63,434 bases of DNA, filler included, from Choristocarpus tenellus KU-1152 (GCA_964200185.2; 7 parts of 7 records of this genome joined end to end with filler, not necessarily neighbours in it), one strand, 5' to 3'; positions 1-14,089 are shown, numbered from the whole stretch's first letter. Notes: generated from the letters alone by a model not told the origin. Translations and numbers: made by a program.

Positions 1-163
1 GGGGGGGGGGTCTACACCAGGATGTTCGTTTGGATCAAAATCAGGAAAAGTGCATTTACATTATCCATCCGACGTATGCACCAAATCACCCAAAAATCGC
101 GACATGAAAAACTTGACTCAAAATGGACAGCCGCCACCCTCCCCCCCCCAGATACTTTGGGCC
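1..163. mobile_element. MITE family A truncated by the window start
   Basis: Colinear with 60770-60934. Confidence 0.85.
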
Positions 164-253
164 TTAGGTCTCCTCAATGTTAGCTTGTATGTGTACTTGA
201 TACAGCATCCTTTGCTTCAGCTAAATTTTGTGCATTTTTTGGTTTATGTGCAG

Positions 254-3200
254 ATTTTCGATGGCATTGCGTGGAGGTGGAGCAGAAGTGTTTCATGGGC
301 GAATGGCACATATACACCCAGTGTTCCCAGTTGGGGGAATGAGGTCGGTCACGCCAAAGAGAAACTTTGGAGAAAAGAAGGTGTTTGTTGTACAGGTATG
401 TACTTGTACTTCAACAATATGAGTATGTGAGTCCATACGTTTTTACCAGGGAATACTTGTTCACATTTTGTGTGGTTCAATGTATTCTCAGAACAGTGTA
501 AAGGTGTCCTTGAGTCCTGGGTTGATCGTGAGATCAATCAACAGTCCACTCAGAATATATTGTGCTAGCTTGATGTTTTAAAATATGTCTTAGTTTAACT
601 AGCATATTTGTGATCAAGCAATCAACTATTTATGGTACAGGTGGGATTAGCCTATACCCTTTGGGAAAATTCATGCCGTCGTACTGCTCTGCCAAGTAGA
701 AATTTTCAAGTTGGCAGAAAGCAGGAAATGGGCGAATTGATGGCCTGCCCCCCCAAAAGACCCTATTTATATCCCTAGCCAGCTCGCACTTTAGTCACAC
801 ATGTCTTTGTATTGATCTGCACAGTGCCCAAAAATCGATCATAATGTGTTGCGTTTGTTGCTCTTAAGTATTGGAATCTTGCTGACATCTTCAGGTTTCA
901 AACACACCCCTGGTCAATCTCTCTCACAACATGCCATTCTGTGCAAATTCATTTTAGTTGTTCATGGACCTATTCGTCCAAAACGTTTACAATCAAGTAC
1001 TAAGTAGTTCTGTATTGTACACACACATATATATAGCAATGTAATTCTTAAACGGAAATGAGTTGGATCTTTGTAGAGGCGCAAAATAAGTGCTTAATGT
1101 CATGGCCTTTCTCAAAGATCCGAAATTTGGTTGTTTTACATCTAAAATCAAGTATATAATTAACTTTGTCAACTACGAGAAAAGGCAAAATTTTGATTTT
1201 TGGTTTTGGATCTTTGATATTAGTCATGATATTCCAAATCAATAGTAGAAGAGGTTTGTGCAATCATTTTGCGCTGCCTCTCAATATCCAACTTGTTTTT
1301 TTTCAAGAAGTATACACACCTCAATATTTTAGGGAGAAAACACTGCGACCATCAACTGTGTTGTAGTAACATGGCAGGGTTGCTGTGAGAGTGAAGCATG
1401 TGAGTAGCCTACTTAAACAATGTAAGGACTTGTAATTAGTCACTGATAGTTCTACAGCAGTGATGCATGGTTGGTTCCATGGAACAACAATATGCAACCC
1501 TGCTCTCTGCAATGAAGTCAATGTTGAGGGTATGTATGGACACATGTCACGGAAAGTAGCAATCTCACTGCTATACTCTGGAGCAACACATTAGATTCCT
1601 TGAGCTGTTCATGACAAATTGACTCCGCTGTATACCTTTTTATGTGTAAGTGAAGATCGGAGGTTTGCTTACTTTGGTGTAGGTGTTTTGGATTGTTGCA
1701 CTTGGCGTGAAGTCCGCCTGAGTATTCAGGCTTGGTACACCAATCAAGAATATACTGCAAGCCTGCTGAGGAGAGAGTCCTTGTAGCAGTGTACTGACAC
1801 CGGTTTAACCTTCTGCGCACCCTTAAACCTCCCATATTATTATTATTATAACCCTGACGCTAACCCTGGGCTTACCATAACCACTTTAATATCCTAATCC
1901 TTGTGTTATCCTTCACCCCTACAGGGAAATATTGAAAGCAAGCGTCGTCAATACGACCAGTTGTTGGAGTGTCTGGTGGACATGTGCCAGGTAAGCAAGA
2001 TCGGTACCTGAATTGAGGATGAGGGAATATTTTGTATGCAGACAAACATTCACATGGTCTATCTCGAGTTTTTCTAGCCCCCTTGGGAAACTAATTCTGC
2101 ATTGAACACTGGAAATTTGTAAGGTTTAAAAAGGTTTGAACAACTTTTGCTTGAGAACAGAACTATAGTTCTACCATGTAGTACTATCGGGACTTGTAGA
2201 AAGCAATTTTACAGTAGTGTGAAGCAAAGAGCAACAAGGAGCAAGGCAAATAGAACCAGTCCATACAACTGATTTATTCTACCGTACAATGAGAATGCAC
2301 CAGAGATCGACAATAGTGGTGAAACGCTACAGAAGCCAATATTAATAAACAGCTTTGCAATACTTACAATGAAGTGGTATGGTGCTGAGTCACCTGTAAC
2401 TGCAGTACCCTCCCCTAAACCAAGTGTGGTAGTCTAGGTGTTTGTAGTGACCGATTTTAGCTCACTTTCTTCACAAGAAATGAAGCGTCAAGACATGACA
2501 GAATAGCTTGTCATTTGGTCCACCGGTAACGCCCTTACGCTGTAGTAGATATCGTGTATCTTCTCAATAAAACAAAATGCCCATAGAAGAATTGACACCT
2601 ACTCTGGAGTAATCATGTGCGCCACCAGGCGTAACTATGCTGTGGGCGCTCTCCTATAATGATAAACAGCAACGTGTTCCTTGACTACTGCACATTGTTC
2701 CCAATGCCCCTTGCACCCCAAAGCAATCGTATGGGCTCGATCAATTTCCCCTTCCTCAAGGAAATGATTACAATATTTACCGCATCAGATGATACAAAAT
2801 CGGTTGCAGAACAGTGCTTCGCAAGGATGATACCCCAGCATGGACAAATAATCAGTCTACCCCTACATTACCACTCATGTTTTTCGATCCCATCAGCACC
2901 AAAACGCTCCTGTTGACCTCAGTTGTGTTGAAAACCCTCTGCAACACATTCCTCACTCCCAAACACCTACTGGGAGTAAGAAGTAAGATAACCAACATCG
3001 GTATGGAATCAACTGAAGAAAGAGCTCAATTCAAAAAGCTGAACAATGGTCAACATCGGAATATTGGGAATGTGTGATACACTTTCTAAAAAAAAATGCA
3101 CCTCACTTCTGTTCTAGTTCGCCGATAGGGGTGAGGTGTAGGTTAGATGGAAGAAAGCAATGTTGTCGTTTGCTTTGCAAATTGTCAACGGTGCCCTTCT

Positions 3201-6200
3201 AAACACCTTCTCCAAACAGCTTTCATATTTTTCATACTGCTCTTGCCCTGTATGTACTGCGCTGTGAATAATATGGCTGAAATTAAATCTGAAGTATGTC
3301 AGGCACAGAGCGTCATGTTGCTCTGAGTACAATGATATGTTGGTGTTGTACTGGGATAGATCGAGTTTGGCTTGGAGTCAAAGTAAACAAGAGGTGCCCA
3401 GGTTTTTGCCATTTTCCATTTTAAGCCAGTTTTTAATCCTTCACAACTCACCCATATTTCTATGGATGAAATGTAAGCTTAGACTTGAGAGTGTCGATGT
3501 CTCTATTGTTTGAAATATTTCGACACAGTTCAGAAAATCCTATTCGCATTTGTAACAAAAAAAGAATTTTCCACATATTTGTCTGCATCCTTAAATGCAA
3601 CTCCGGGTACCTCTTCTTTAGTATGACTCTTGTCGAAGAAAGAATATTCCCTGATTTTTACTCAAAGTCCTTCTATGACGGAGGTTACACAAGGAAAACT
3701 GTTGGAAATGTTAGCATCCCGACCAGCCCAAAAACGTGTGACTATGATCTCACAAAGTGAAGCTCTACGGCCTGTAAGAGAGCGGTACAAGTGACCCCAG
3801 CGTCAAATTTAGAGTTTCCTGGAGGCTCTCTTCTGGTGGGAGGCCTGAATTTGACTCTAAAGTGAATAATGCAATCCATCTCTTTGAGTCCACACCAGGA
3901 GACACTTGAAGTGAAAGTTCCACAAGCAAATGTCGACCAGGTGGGGCAAACATGAAATGTGAGTAGCAAGTACGATATCAATTTAGTCTATTGCTTGGAG
4001 AACAGCTCTCGGGGGCATTGAAAAGGAAATTTTGAAAAACCGAAAGAAACTCTGGAGGAGTAGACTTGGAAAGGTAGATAACACACACAACTAGCTCCAC
4101 ATACAAGGGTCACCAGTGACCATCAGGCCTCCATGTGCACTAGTATTTAGTCCCGCCTTATCAACACCATTCAGAATAAGTGTATGGATTTGCACCTTCG
4201 ATTTGAAATACACCGCCATATTTACACACATATGTGCTCAGCTTTAGGAGTTTTTCTGGAAAAATCAATGTGGTGGTCGCAGTCAGGTTTCTCGTGATGG
4301 GTCGGCCGTAGCAATGTTTGAAAGCAATCTGTCAGTCACATACATATTACAATGTTGAATAATATGGCTGAAATGAAATCTTAAGTAAGTCAGGCACAGA
4401 GCTCCATGTTGCTCTGAGTACAATCAGATGTTGTTGTACATCAAATTGTACTATTATAGTAAAGTGTGATAATAGATTTCTGTTGAACCAGGGATCATAC
4501 GACAGTTTAATAATCAAATAGACTCTAGGAATGTTTTCCTCTATTTTTTCCAAATATACTTGTATAATGTGAGGTTGCAACTGCCAAATACTGAGATGCC
4601 ACTGTACCACTACGGCAGTAAGTCGCACAACTCACTCCCTCATTGGTACAGTGATACGTCAATGGTTGACAAACTTCAGAGGCCGCAAACTAAACCCCTG
4701 GCTAGGTTGGTTGCTTTCCTAACTCCTGACAATGGGAGGATAGAAACAGGATGTAATGGGGATGCCCATGAAAAAGGCAATGGAAAAACTGTGAATGAGA
4801 TGACTACTTCTGGAGTGCTAGTGGGTTGACGATACACAGATTAAGCTGGGTAGCAACCTTGCATCTCATTTTGGTCAAATTTTGAGATACCTCTGTACAA
4901 CTTCAGGACCTGTATAACTTAAAGTTTCTTCACAAAAGAATAGTAGAAAGAATTCTGGAGTATCTATCTAATTTCGTATTACAAGGATGACATTTTGCAT
5001 TTTGTGTAGATGTTATATACACTCTTTTCAAAATTGAGCCTTGGCAGGCATTTTTCACATATTCCATTTGATATTCCGTTCTATGCTACTTAGATCACTG
5101 TGCGTCCTATGTGACACAGGACATAATTATCTTCTTCCATATAGCAAAGATTTTGAATGGCCCACATGATGCACAATTCACCTCCACATCGACGCGCCAA
5201 CTAAAGGGTAGACCTGGACCGACCCTGGATTGGCCCCATTGAAGTATCTGACTACCCTGGACTAGTGCTGTCGAAAACATGAGACCAGCCCACTACCTGA
5301 CCCGTTCACATTTCCCCACTCCATTGAAAGCCCTGATTATGACAGTTAAAGCAAGTTGGAGCTAAGAGGAGGAAGCACAACTTAACAAATTGGTTCTGAA
5401 TCTAATCGCTTCTATCTCATTAAAATGATATCGAAAACAGTAACAGACAGCCACACTTTAACATAGGCCTAAACCGAAGTGACTGCATTCCTCCGGAGCA
5501 CTAGAACCCCACCAATTAACACAGCTCCCTCTAGTGCAGTTTGGGCCTTCACAAACCTCCGCCCAGAGCATAGTGGACCTCAGCAAAGACCTGATTCAAC
5601 TGACATTGGCTTGGTGCACAGCTCATCCCTCTGGCAAACCGAAGAAGCATCAGTTGGCAATTGGGTGTGGGGTAGACAAAACATTTACATGAACAAACTA
5701 TGTTCTCAGTTCACTCATATGTAGGGCACGGCAGGTCTGTGTGGATCTCTTTAGGATCATACCCAATGTCATACCTCACCAATAGCTGTATAATCCCTTT
5801 TTTACCTGTTCCCTAGGTATGTATTCCTCCGTGCTCTACTGTTCTGGATTTTTTCGTGTGTTTATACTCCACATTATTTTTTTTATTTATTGCTTTTACT
5901 CAGTTTTGATATTTTGAGATGCCTTTCTTGACATCCCTTGCTCTCTTCTCGTGTATTTTATTACGATGTACATGGATCCTTTTCCAGAGGGGAAAGGATC
6001 ATTTTGAGCTACTCTCTGTTGGGGCGAGAGGGTCATTGAAGGATGACATGCCGGAGTGTGTCAAGGAAAAGATCATCATGAAGAAACACTTACCGTGAGA
6101 AAAGAAGAAATTGATGAACTGAAGAGGATGACTGTAGTTTTCCTCATGACTGTTGTGTTATATTTTTATCCGTTCAGGTGGATTTTTTTCTCTTGTGCCA

Positions 6201-9200
6201 TTTTTATTTTTTTATATATGTTAAGTCGCAATGATTTCCATGGATGTATTATTGGGTTTTTTAGTCTTGTAAGAAATTGGAAGGTATGCTTAGGGTTAGA
6301 AACCTAGGTAATTTTTTTAAGTAGACGACCTTGCTTCATGAGGGTAATAGATTTTTTGAGGAGTTGGGGAATGTTGCGTCATGGATGTAGTACTGTGAAA
6401 CATGAGACTACATTCTATTGGTTTGAATGCTGCTCTTCATGTTCTACCTTCTACCTACCTACTCTCTACCCTGTCAATATTGATACCAGCAATAGAATCA
6501 GTAATCTTGGCATGACTCTCTTGTCTGAATTTACAATGTACCAAGTCAGAATTACGGTGGTGATTGTCTTGATAGATCTTGGATTTAATCAATCCTTGCC
6601 AGTGTTTCTGATGGGGGGAGAGGTTGGCCAGCAGAGGAGTGGGTAGTGGGATGTTGGGGAGTGTGCTGTGGATGTGATGGTTTCTTGATTTGTTCATTTT
6701 AAAATATTTACAATGAATGTTGTCCCTACACTAGTATGATGAATCCACAATCCTATGCACATAGTTCTCATAGCTATATTACAATTCCAAAGGAATACTA
6801 TCAACCCTAACCCTTTGGCAGTATCCACACTTCCAACCCCCAGCCTCATCCCCAACCCTCAACCCCAAGCTCTCTCCATTGTGACAGTACTGTATGTCCC
6901 TTTTGAGATATTTTTTGTTCTCTTTTCTATGTCTGCAGTTTTGAAGAGTTCTATGCCGAGATCAAGGCAGGTCACTTCATTGTGACGGCCACAGCCAGGG
7001 AGGTGTATAAGTGGAGTCAGGGTACATCATCTGTACCAGCAGCCCTGCTGTTGGAACGACCTTTGGTTGCCTCTGACTCGCTTCTCAATATTTACCCCCC
7101 CTGCCTCAGGGTAAGCATATTTTGTACTTTCGAAAAATGGTATGTATGAGTTGTAGACAATTGTATTTGAGACCCCTCAAATAATGAAGCTAAACTATTT
7201 TTTTTCTGGCGTTGCTTGCTTGAGTTAAGCATTGGTAGCTTTTATTATGTTCTTGCACACATCTGTAGCGGAATAATATTCTTATACAAGTATACAGTAA
7301 TATTTTTTTTCTAGGAACTTCATTGACAAGAGGGTTAGCCAGAGGAAACGCTCCCTATTGTATTGGCTCATTGTGTTATGTATGCTCTTCTACTGGCCTA
7401 AATCCTACTCTGCTATTAGTATGAGCTTGTGGAGATTGACTTTGATTGTATTCTTAGGGTGGACTTGAGGAAAGCCTTACCAATGACCTGTCAGAGTCAT
7501 ACCCAGGGTGTTTGAGGTCACAACAAGGGATTCATGGATAGAGCAGTACTTACAGGCCGTCAAGGATACTTTATACTATGTGATAACACCCTCCACCAGA
7601 GAAGTTAGGAAAGAAGTGTATGCCATTAATTGTGCTTGAATACTGTTTGGATATAATGTTTCGGTGAACAGTATTAGATCGATATTATCAGGATACAAAT
7701 GAAAAGGAATATGTGGCAGTAGCCACACAAGTAGCTCTCGCATATTACAAGGGTGGTTTGTCTGGTTAGGTATGGTGAGGAGAGCTGTACTTACAGTATA
7801 TGGTAAAGGGGACCTAGAACTAGTGCATACACACGCAACACGACTTTCATGGAGAATACTAATTGTCCGCCTTCAGGGGGGAAATTTATATTTACTCAAG
7901 AGTGTATGAAACAAGGGCTTCAAAAGGCACCCTAGGTTGCTAGGTTGTTGGCATTTGTTTTGCTCATATGCCCACTTCTATTTTCTATTTGTTACATCTT
8001 TGCATGTGTTGAAGGCAGCCCCTTAAGAACGTCAAGGCAGAAAGGTGCAGCAGATCACTTGTGCCCCTCTCGAGTGTTTGCTCTTGAATATTTGTGCACA
8101 TGTTCTCCCGCACCCAAGTGGATGTCACTCATTGATCCTGTCCTGCTGCACACATAACTTGTAGCTCATGTCACTATTGCTTTTACACAAGTCTCCATCA
8201 AGAAGTTCTCTGTCGGCATGTTGACCAAGCTCACCCTGTGGTCAAGAGTGTAAACCCTATGACTAATAGGTCACTCGCCAGGGTCATACCAGCCATTGTC
8301 TTGAAAACGAGTCATATTCTGAGTCAAACATTTCTATGTTTGGTTAATAGATAGACTGCAGTCTGGTGAGGCCCTTAATAACAGGGGGTTGGGCTATGTA
8401 CTCAACTGCTACGCACACTGCTTCGTTTGTAGAAACAGCTACTATAGGGTTCATTATAGATCTTGCGAAGATGGTGTCCCATGGGTTGTGATACATAGTT
8501 TCCTGTCCCTCACCCCAATCCATGTTAACTTTTTTCATTAGTGCACACTCTGTGACTTTTTTTTCAAGTGTTTGTTTTTGTCAATGACTCCCTGTATGCA
8601 GCACTAACATTATCTCGTTTTGTGTTTCCTCCTTGGGGTGGGCAGGATGCACCAATGCACAACATGGTAGCAGATGACAACCTGTGCACGAACATTGAGA
8701 AGGCCTACGACCTCACGCAGGAGGAGTATGACATTGTAAGTGACAACTGTAGTGCAAGAATAGCTACAATAGTAGTTTTGGCGATTATTTCCATACTTAC
8801 TCCAAGGTGGAGAGTAGGTTTTGTGTCTTTCATCCTCCCAACCGCTATTTTCCTTTTGTAAGGAGTGTCTGTCCACACTTTTTGTGTTCTTGTTGTTTGC
8901 TTGCATTGGTGTAGTGGAGGGCAACTCCAAAACACGTTTTCTAGGCTCACTGACCTGATTGAGAGTTGTGCACATGGGTGTTTTTGATGCCAAGCTTCAA
9001 CCTTTGAAGGGGTCTCTGGCAACACATAGCTTCACTGTTGGTGAATACTACATCTAACTTATAGTTAGTCTTTCAATCGGTGAATGTAGATCCCCTTCTA
9101 GATATAATAATGTCATCTTAGCTACTGACCCCTCAACAGTATGTCCTTTTCTTCACCGATTTGTGAATGTTTGGACCACAGAAGATAGTGCATATAGTTT

Positions 9201-10476
9201 TTGGCATTGACTGTTTATGTTTTCATGATTACACTGTTAGTTTTAGGTCAACATAAAAAAGCCAGACTGAGCACCTTCCAGGTACTACATGTAGTCAGGA
9301 CATGCGGATATAGCTCTATACTACAGATATAGTATAATAGAGATACTGCAGAACATCTGCTGGCAAAACGAAGCTCCGCGTTTGATCGTGATCGACAAGT
9401 TAGAAGAGCATCCTTATACCAGAGTACTCCCAAGTACCATGTTGCCCCATACCAGAAGCCCCACAAAACCCTACCCTTACTGACTGTACCACGGAGTAAG
9501 TTATTCTTAGTTCCTTACCCCCCCATTTCCCTTTCAAGTCCACCAGGTAAACTTATATTTGGTGTAAAGGTAAAATCTTGAGTTTGCAAATGAAACATCC
9601 AAGTGGTGTGAGAATGTGTAGGCGGCACTGTGACTGTATGAAGCAAGGCCATGCCGGGTTAGAGGTTGCCCGTATTGAGGCATCCAGCCTGATCTTATAT
9701 TTTGAGCAAACACTCTAGGTGCATGGAGCAGGCTACCAGAAGCACACAAAATCCTTGAGTGATTATCTGATCCCATCCCACAGTGTTGCGGGTAGCAATA
9801 TTCAGGTGTTTCACGTCTTTTTTATGACATTCCCCCTTGACCGTACAGAATCTTTTTGTAGTGATTTTTTTGCTGACCCGCACTTCCTGTATGTGAATAA
9901 TTTGAAATGGTAAGCAGAAGGCACCTTCAAACTTGGGGAAACAAACTTCTACACTGCGGTCCTAAACCCACCCAAAACTGTACTCCTCTTGAAGAGATGG
10001 CTGTACTTTGTGCCCATATAATCATCATTGATTGCCGTTTACGTTTTCTAAAGCAATTTTTTTCACGTGTCCATCCACCCTTGCACAATGGAGCCAATAA
10101 AATATTTTTGTGTTGGAGGCTGCTCATTTTCACTTTACTTCCCCTACTAATACAACCCTCAAACACCACTGGGTCTAAGATGTAGAAAGTGATGAACATA
10201 CCTGAAAAGCAATAATTACGTCAATGGGATGATGTACTTGTCACATTTAGCTGAAATGGCACATTGTGTTCCCCTCCCTTTAACCTTTACTCCTGCCACT
10301 CAATCTTCGCATCATTTGACCTTTCAACCTTTTTATCTAAGCTTTTTTTGTCTCTGGTGCACCTATTTCAGATGGAGCAAGAGATTCGAAACTGCAAGGT
10401 CATTCTATGGGAGCAAAGTTTGAGTACCATGAGCCAAGTGGCACTCAGAGCACTCACTGATCACTTTGCACCCTGA
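254..10476 (+). CDS. 5'-partial spliced gene, putative glycosyltransferase-like (GT-B C-terminal domain) protein; exons 254-395, 1925-1990, 5988-6094, 6939-7110, 8646-8735, 10372-10476
   Basis: All six exons have AG acceptors and GT donors, compatible phases and no internal stops. Joined peptide: ...KKVFVVQ|GNIESKRRQYDQLLECLVDMCQ|RGKDHFELLSVGARGSLKDDMPECVKEKIIMKKHLP|FEEFYAEIKAGHFIVTATAREVYKWSQGTSSVPAALLLERPLVASDSLLNIYPPCLR|DAPMHNMVADDNLCTNIEKAYDLTQEEYDI|MEQEIRNCKVILWEQSLSTMSQVALRALTDHFAP*. The motifs VQGN..S.RR.Y and SSVPAAL...PLVA resemble GT-B-like proteins from memory. Gene structure is firmer than the product call. Confidence 0.75.
3375..3629. mobile_element. MITE family C, reverse orientation
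   Basis: TIR GAGTCAAAGTAAAC.AGAGG; reverse-complement match to 29488-29737 and 53193-53451. Confidence 0.82.
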
Positions 10477-12779
10477 TGTAAGCGACAATGTGCACTCCCA
10501 TTACCATGTGCCATCCCATGTTTCACACAATTGTTCTTTTCACCAAGTTTTTTTTCTTAGGATTAAGTCTGTTCTATACATATGCAGAGTAATAGTGAAT
10601 TACATGTGTGCAGTAGTTTGCAGATGGTGGTCACACAGAATCGGGAGCATGTCAAAATAGTGTACACTTTTTGAAGCATGTTTTACTACGCACAAAATTT
10701 GATGTAGGACAAACATGTGTTGCATAGCTTGTGTGTTTATAAATGAAGTTCACAGGCGAAATACATTGTAGGTGGACGGTCCATATATTTCGTTGAGTGT
10801 TGAGAGGGGCAGCAAGAGGGAAACGGAACTTAGGGAGAATGATACGATTGCATCGTAAATATGGTCAGGAAATTCCAGGTCTTAGGATGGAACCAAAAAT
10901 TTGCTCTGTTTTTCTCCAAGAGTTTGAAATGGAGCAAGATCGTGTGCATGTAGTTCTGTGTGTATGTGCATCTTTGTGCATGTGAGGTGAGTGTGAAGAG
11001 GTCTCGATAGCTTCCTGACTTCGAACAGTTGTCAAGACAAGTGTGGATGTTGAGAGTGCAGTGCAAGATTTTTTTTGTGGTGGGCTTTATCTTTTTGTCT
11101 AAAAGAAGCAAGTCATTGCAGTTTATGGCTTATTTAGTGTTTGTCTCTTGACTTTGGAGTGGATAATAGGGGGCCCTTGGGGTGGCTCTGAGAGAAATTA
11201 TAGGGTTAGGGTTATGAGTGATGAGGATATTCAGACAGAAGCTTGAGGAGGTAGGGGATGTTGCAGTGACCACGCATCTTGTTGGGTTGACATGTTATGT
11301 GAGCTATTCTACTGGTGTAAATTTTCTCTTATTTTATGGTGTACGTCTCTACTTCTCAATCTTGATGTGATTATTCGGACTTCTTGTACTATTGGTTGGT
11401 TCTTGCTCTGTGGTCACTGTTTATAGGATTTGCCCCATTCTTCTAGCTCTGACTGATATTAATAGTTCATGTTGTGTCAAGTGACTCCAGAGAATTAATA
11501 CTCCAGAGTAGTATAATTAATGTAGGTGTAGATGGAGTGATTTGTGGCTCAAATCATAAGAGAAATTTCCCATCGGATAACATATCCTCAGAGACGCCTC
11601 GTTTAACCTCTATGTCATCAGAGGTGACAGATGCCTGACTCGATAAATTACTTTCAGTCTGCCCTTGTTGACTTTCGAGTTATCATTTTAACCGTCTCTG
11701 AAACTTGCTTGGAGTTGTGTCAATACTGCGAGTAATTTGATCCAGTTATTGGAACTTGCACCCTATTCTTTGTGGGGATGGTAGCTTGGAAATGGGAGAA
11801 GTGTTTGAAGGAGTAGCTTGCCCAGCTCATCAGGCGTCCTTGTGATCACATAGGTACTACTCCAGAGTGCTTGCCTAACATATACTGAATCACTGCGATT
11901 GTTTTATTCAAAGAACGGTTGCATCATAATCTAAACCTTCTGAATATTTGTGTTGCCTTACATGCTCGATGCTTCACATCATCTCATTGATCCGACAAGT
12001 CGACAATTTCTAAGGTCTGAGGATTCTTTCTGGCGAGAAACCCAGTTAAAATATGTTCGATCTGACAAGGTGCTGTGTCTGTCTTTGTGTTTATCCCTTG
12101 TGTTTCATTTTGAGGAACTCAGAGAGAAGAGCGTCCCTGTTTGTTACTATCTTGTGTGTGCATGAGTGGGATGCCATGCATCTCCCTTCACAGCTGTGGT
12201 CTATCTTCTCGCTTACTCATAGTAACAGTGCAATCAATGTTGCACATCATGCTAAAGCAGCAGCTAAGGTCGCCCGAGTAGCCAACACAAACACGCTTGA
12301 ATGCTGCTTTCTCAGTGGATTTCTTCTTTGGGGTTGATTTTTCTTACGTCCTTAGTTCTTCCTTCCGCTATCTTTCCTTTTGTCTCCTTGTGTGACATAG
12401 GACTAGCAGGGAAGTAAATATAATGCCTAAGAAATCGGCAGTGTGCCGATTTTGATGAGTTACTTGCCATGACCTTGTAACGTATATAACTCCAACTTAT
12501 TATACTGTTGACGCTATATATTCTGTACTTCATACTGTCATCGGCTTCACAGTCATACTTTCCTGCCAACTCTATCACTTCGTTACATAAGATTATGCCC
12601 TCTAACATTTTGCATATGTGTCGGGGAAAAAATACAACCATATCCCAAGGACCCCTTTAAATATAAAAGTGGTTGTCAATGCTAACACACCTCTCTAAAA
12701 AATATGTACCATTTGAAACCTTATCGTACAATGCCCACTTAAATTTTACATACTACAAGGTATTGTGTTCATACGTTTT

Positions 12780-13062
12780 TATGCTTCTAACATACCTTAT
12801 CCCTACAAAGGTTGGTGAGGAGGTAGGGAAGCATCCCAAGAATCTGTGATGCCCCTTCTTGCCCACCTGTCTGATATCTCTAGCTTGAAGTGCATGCCAC
12901 GTCTCGAGAGTCACTTGTGCAATAACAGATACTATATATCTGTCTCAAACGGTGCTGTACAGCCCCTTTCCTACATAATCCTCCAGCCCACTCCCCCCTG
13001 CTGCATGGGTGACTAACTCATCCGAGAAAGTCTCTACTTGCTTTCCATAGTACCCAAAACAA
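12780..13062 (-). mobile_element. RLE non-LTR 3' remnant, inverted relative to 13365-13730
   Basis: Reverse complement aligns to 13410-13730 and 15770-16025. Confidence 0.68.
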
Positions 13063-13364
13063 ATCACTCCCCATCACGCAGAACCAGGCCCTATAACAAT
13101 AAGATTGATATCATTCCGCACCTGTAAGCTTGTCGTGAGGAACAAGCCTCAACACCATCGTTCAGAACAAGTGGGCAACTTTTCCAACTTTATACTCAAA
13201 TGGGAATGATTTGGGGCAAGTCTTCCCACACTCCAGAAAAATCTTCTGCTGGCGGAATGAGGATTGTGTGGGAAGATGGCTGTTGGATTTCTTGTAAAAA
13301 CTGGGCAAGGTACAACCTTATGGTCAGACTTCAGAAACCGATGTATCGTTGATGTGAGAAAGGT

Positions 13365-13730
13365 TGTAGTTTTAACCTCAACACCTTCACGGTGGAAATT
13401 TTTTGGCTCCTCGGTAAGCAGGCAGATCGTTTTCTGGATGAGTTGGCTACACATGTGGTAGAGGGGAGAGAGGCGAGAGGCTACAGCAGGAAAGGAACTG
13501 TCAAATCCCGTTTACAACAGATAGTGTCTGTCCGACAGATAGTGTCTGTCCGACAGATAGTGTCTGTCCGACAGATAGTGTCTGTCACAACATGATGACT
13601 CTATCAAGACGTGTCATGTGTTTTAAGCTGGAGATACCAGGGAGATGGGCAAGGAGGGGTCAGATTCTTAAGTTGCCTTCCTAGCTCCTCACCCTGTGGC
13701 ATTAGGGTTAAGCTAGGTTGGAGGTATAGG
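13365..13730 (+). mobile_element. RLE non-LTR 3' remnant with an internal 18-bp tandem expansion
   Basis: Aligns to 15720-16025; encodes LGKQADRFLDELATHVVEGRE...KSRLQQIVSV. Confidence 0.75.
13517..13586. repeat. 18-bp tandem repeat, about 4 copies
   Basis: cagatagtgtctgtccga units. Confidence 0.95.
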
Positions 13731-13822
13731 AGAGGGGTGGTGTGACATAGATGGTAGTCAAATAGTAAATAGATCATAGAAATATATATTTCATATTTAC
13801 GGGAACTTTTGCTTTTACAAAA

Positions 13823-14079
13823 GAGCCAAAGTATCTTAGAGGGTAGAACCGTGTCCATTTGAGGGTCAAAATTCAATGTTGAGATTTTGATGTTATTTTG
13901 GCTACGTGTTAGTTAGGAAGTGTCAATATCTATGTTTCGGACACATATTTTCATAACGTATACATTTTTCATACTCCTAAACATTTTGGAGTAGGAAAAT
14001 GTCATAATAAACCACATGGGGTCCAAGCCCCAAATGGACAAATAGGGCAAACCTCCTACCCTCTAAGATACTTTCAATA
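13823..14079. mobile_element. MITE family B (~255 bp)
   Basis: TIR AAAGTATCTTAGAGGGTA / TACCCTCTAAGATACTTT; flanks AAAA/AAAA. Confidence 0.88.
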
Positions 14080-14089
14080 AAAAAGACTT

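Noticed and set aside
50-430. 126-aa ORF
   Set aside because: Starts in a MITE; the supported exon 254-395 is in a different frame.
8568-8861. ORF first considered as an upstream ABCA exon
   Set aside because: It is on a different contig, and exon 8646-8735 splices in phase into the glycosyltransferase-like gene.
9500-9900. Possible KDZ/CxC transposase remnant
   Set aside because: Only scattered Cys/His resemblance and no convincing catalytic motif.
11230-11900. Possible minus-strand LINE C-terminal remnant
   Set aside because: One weak motif (IKLLAV...RLKVIYRV); insufficient without a search.
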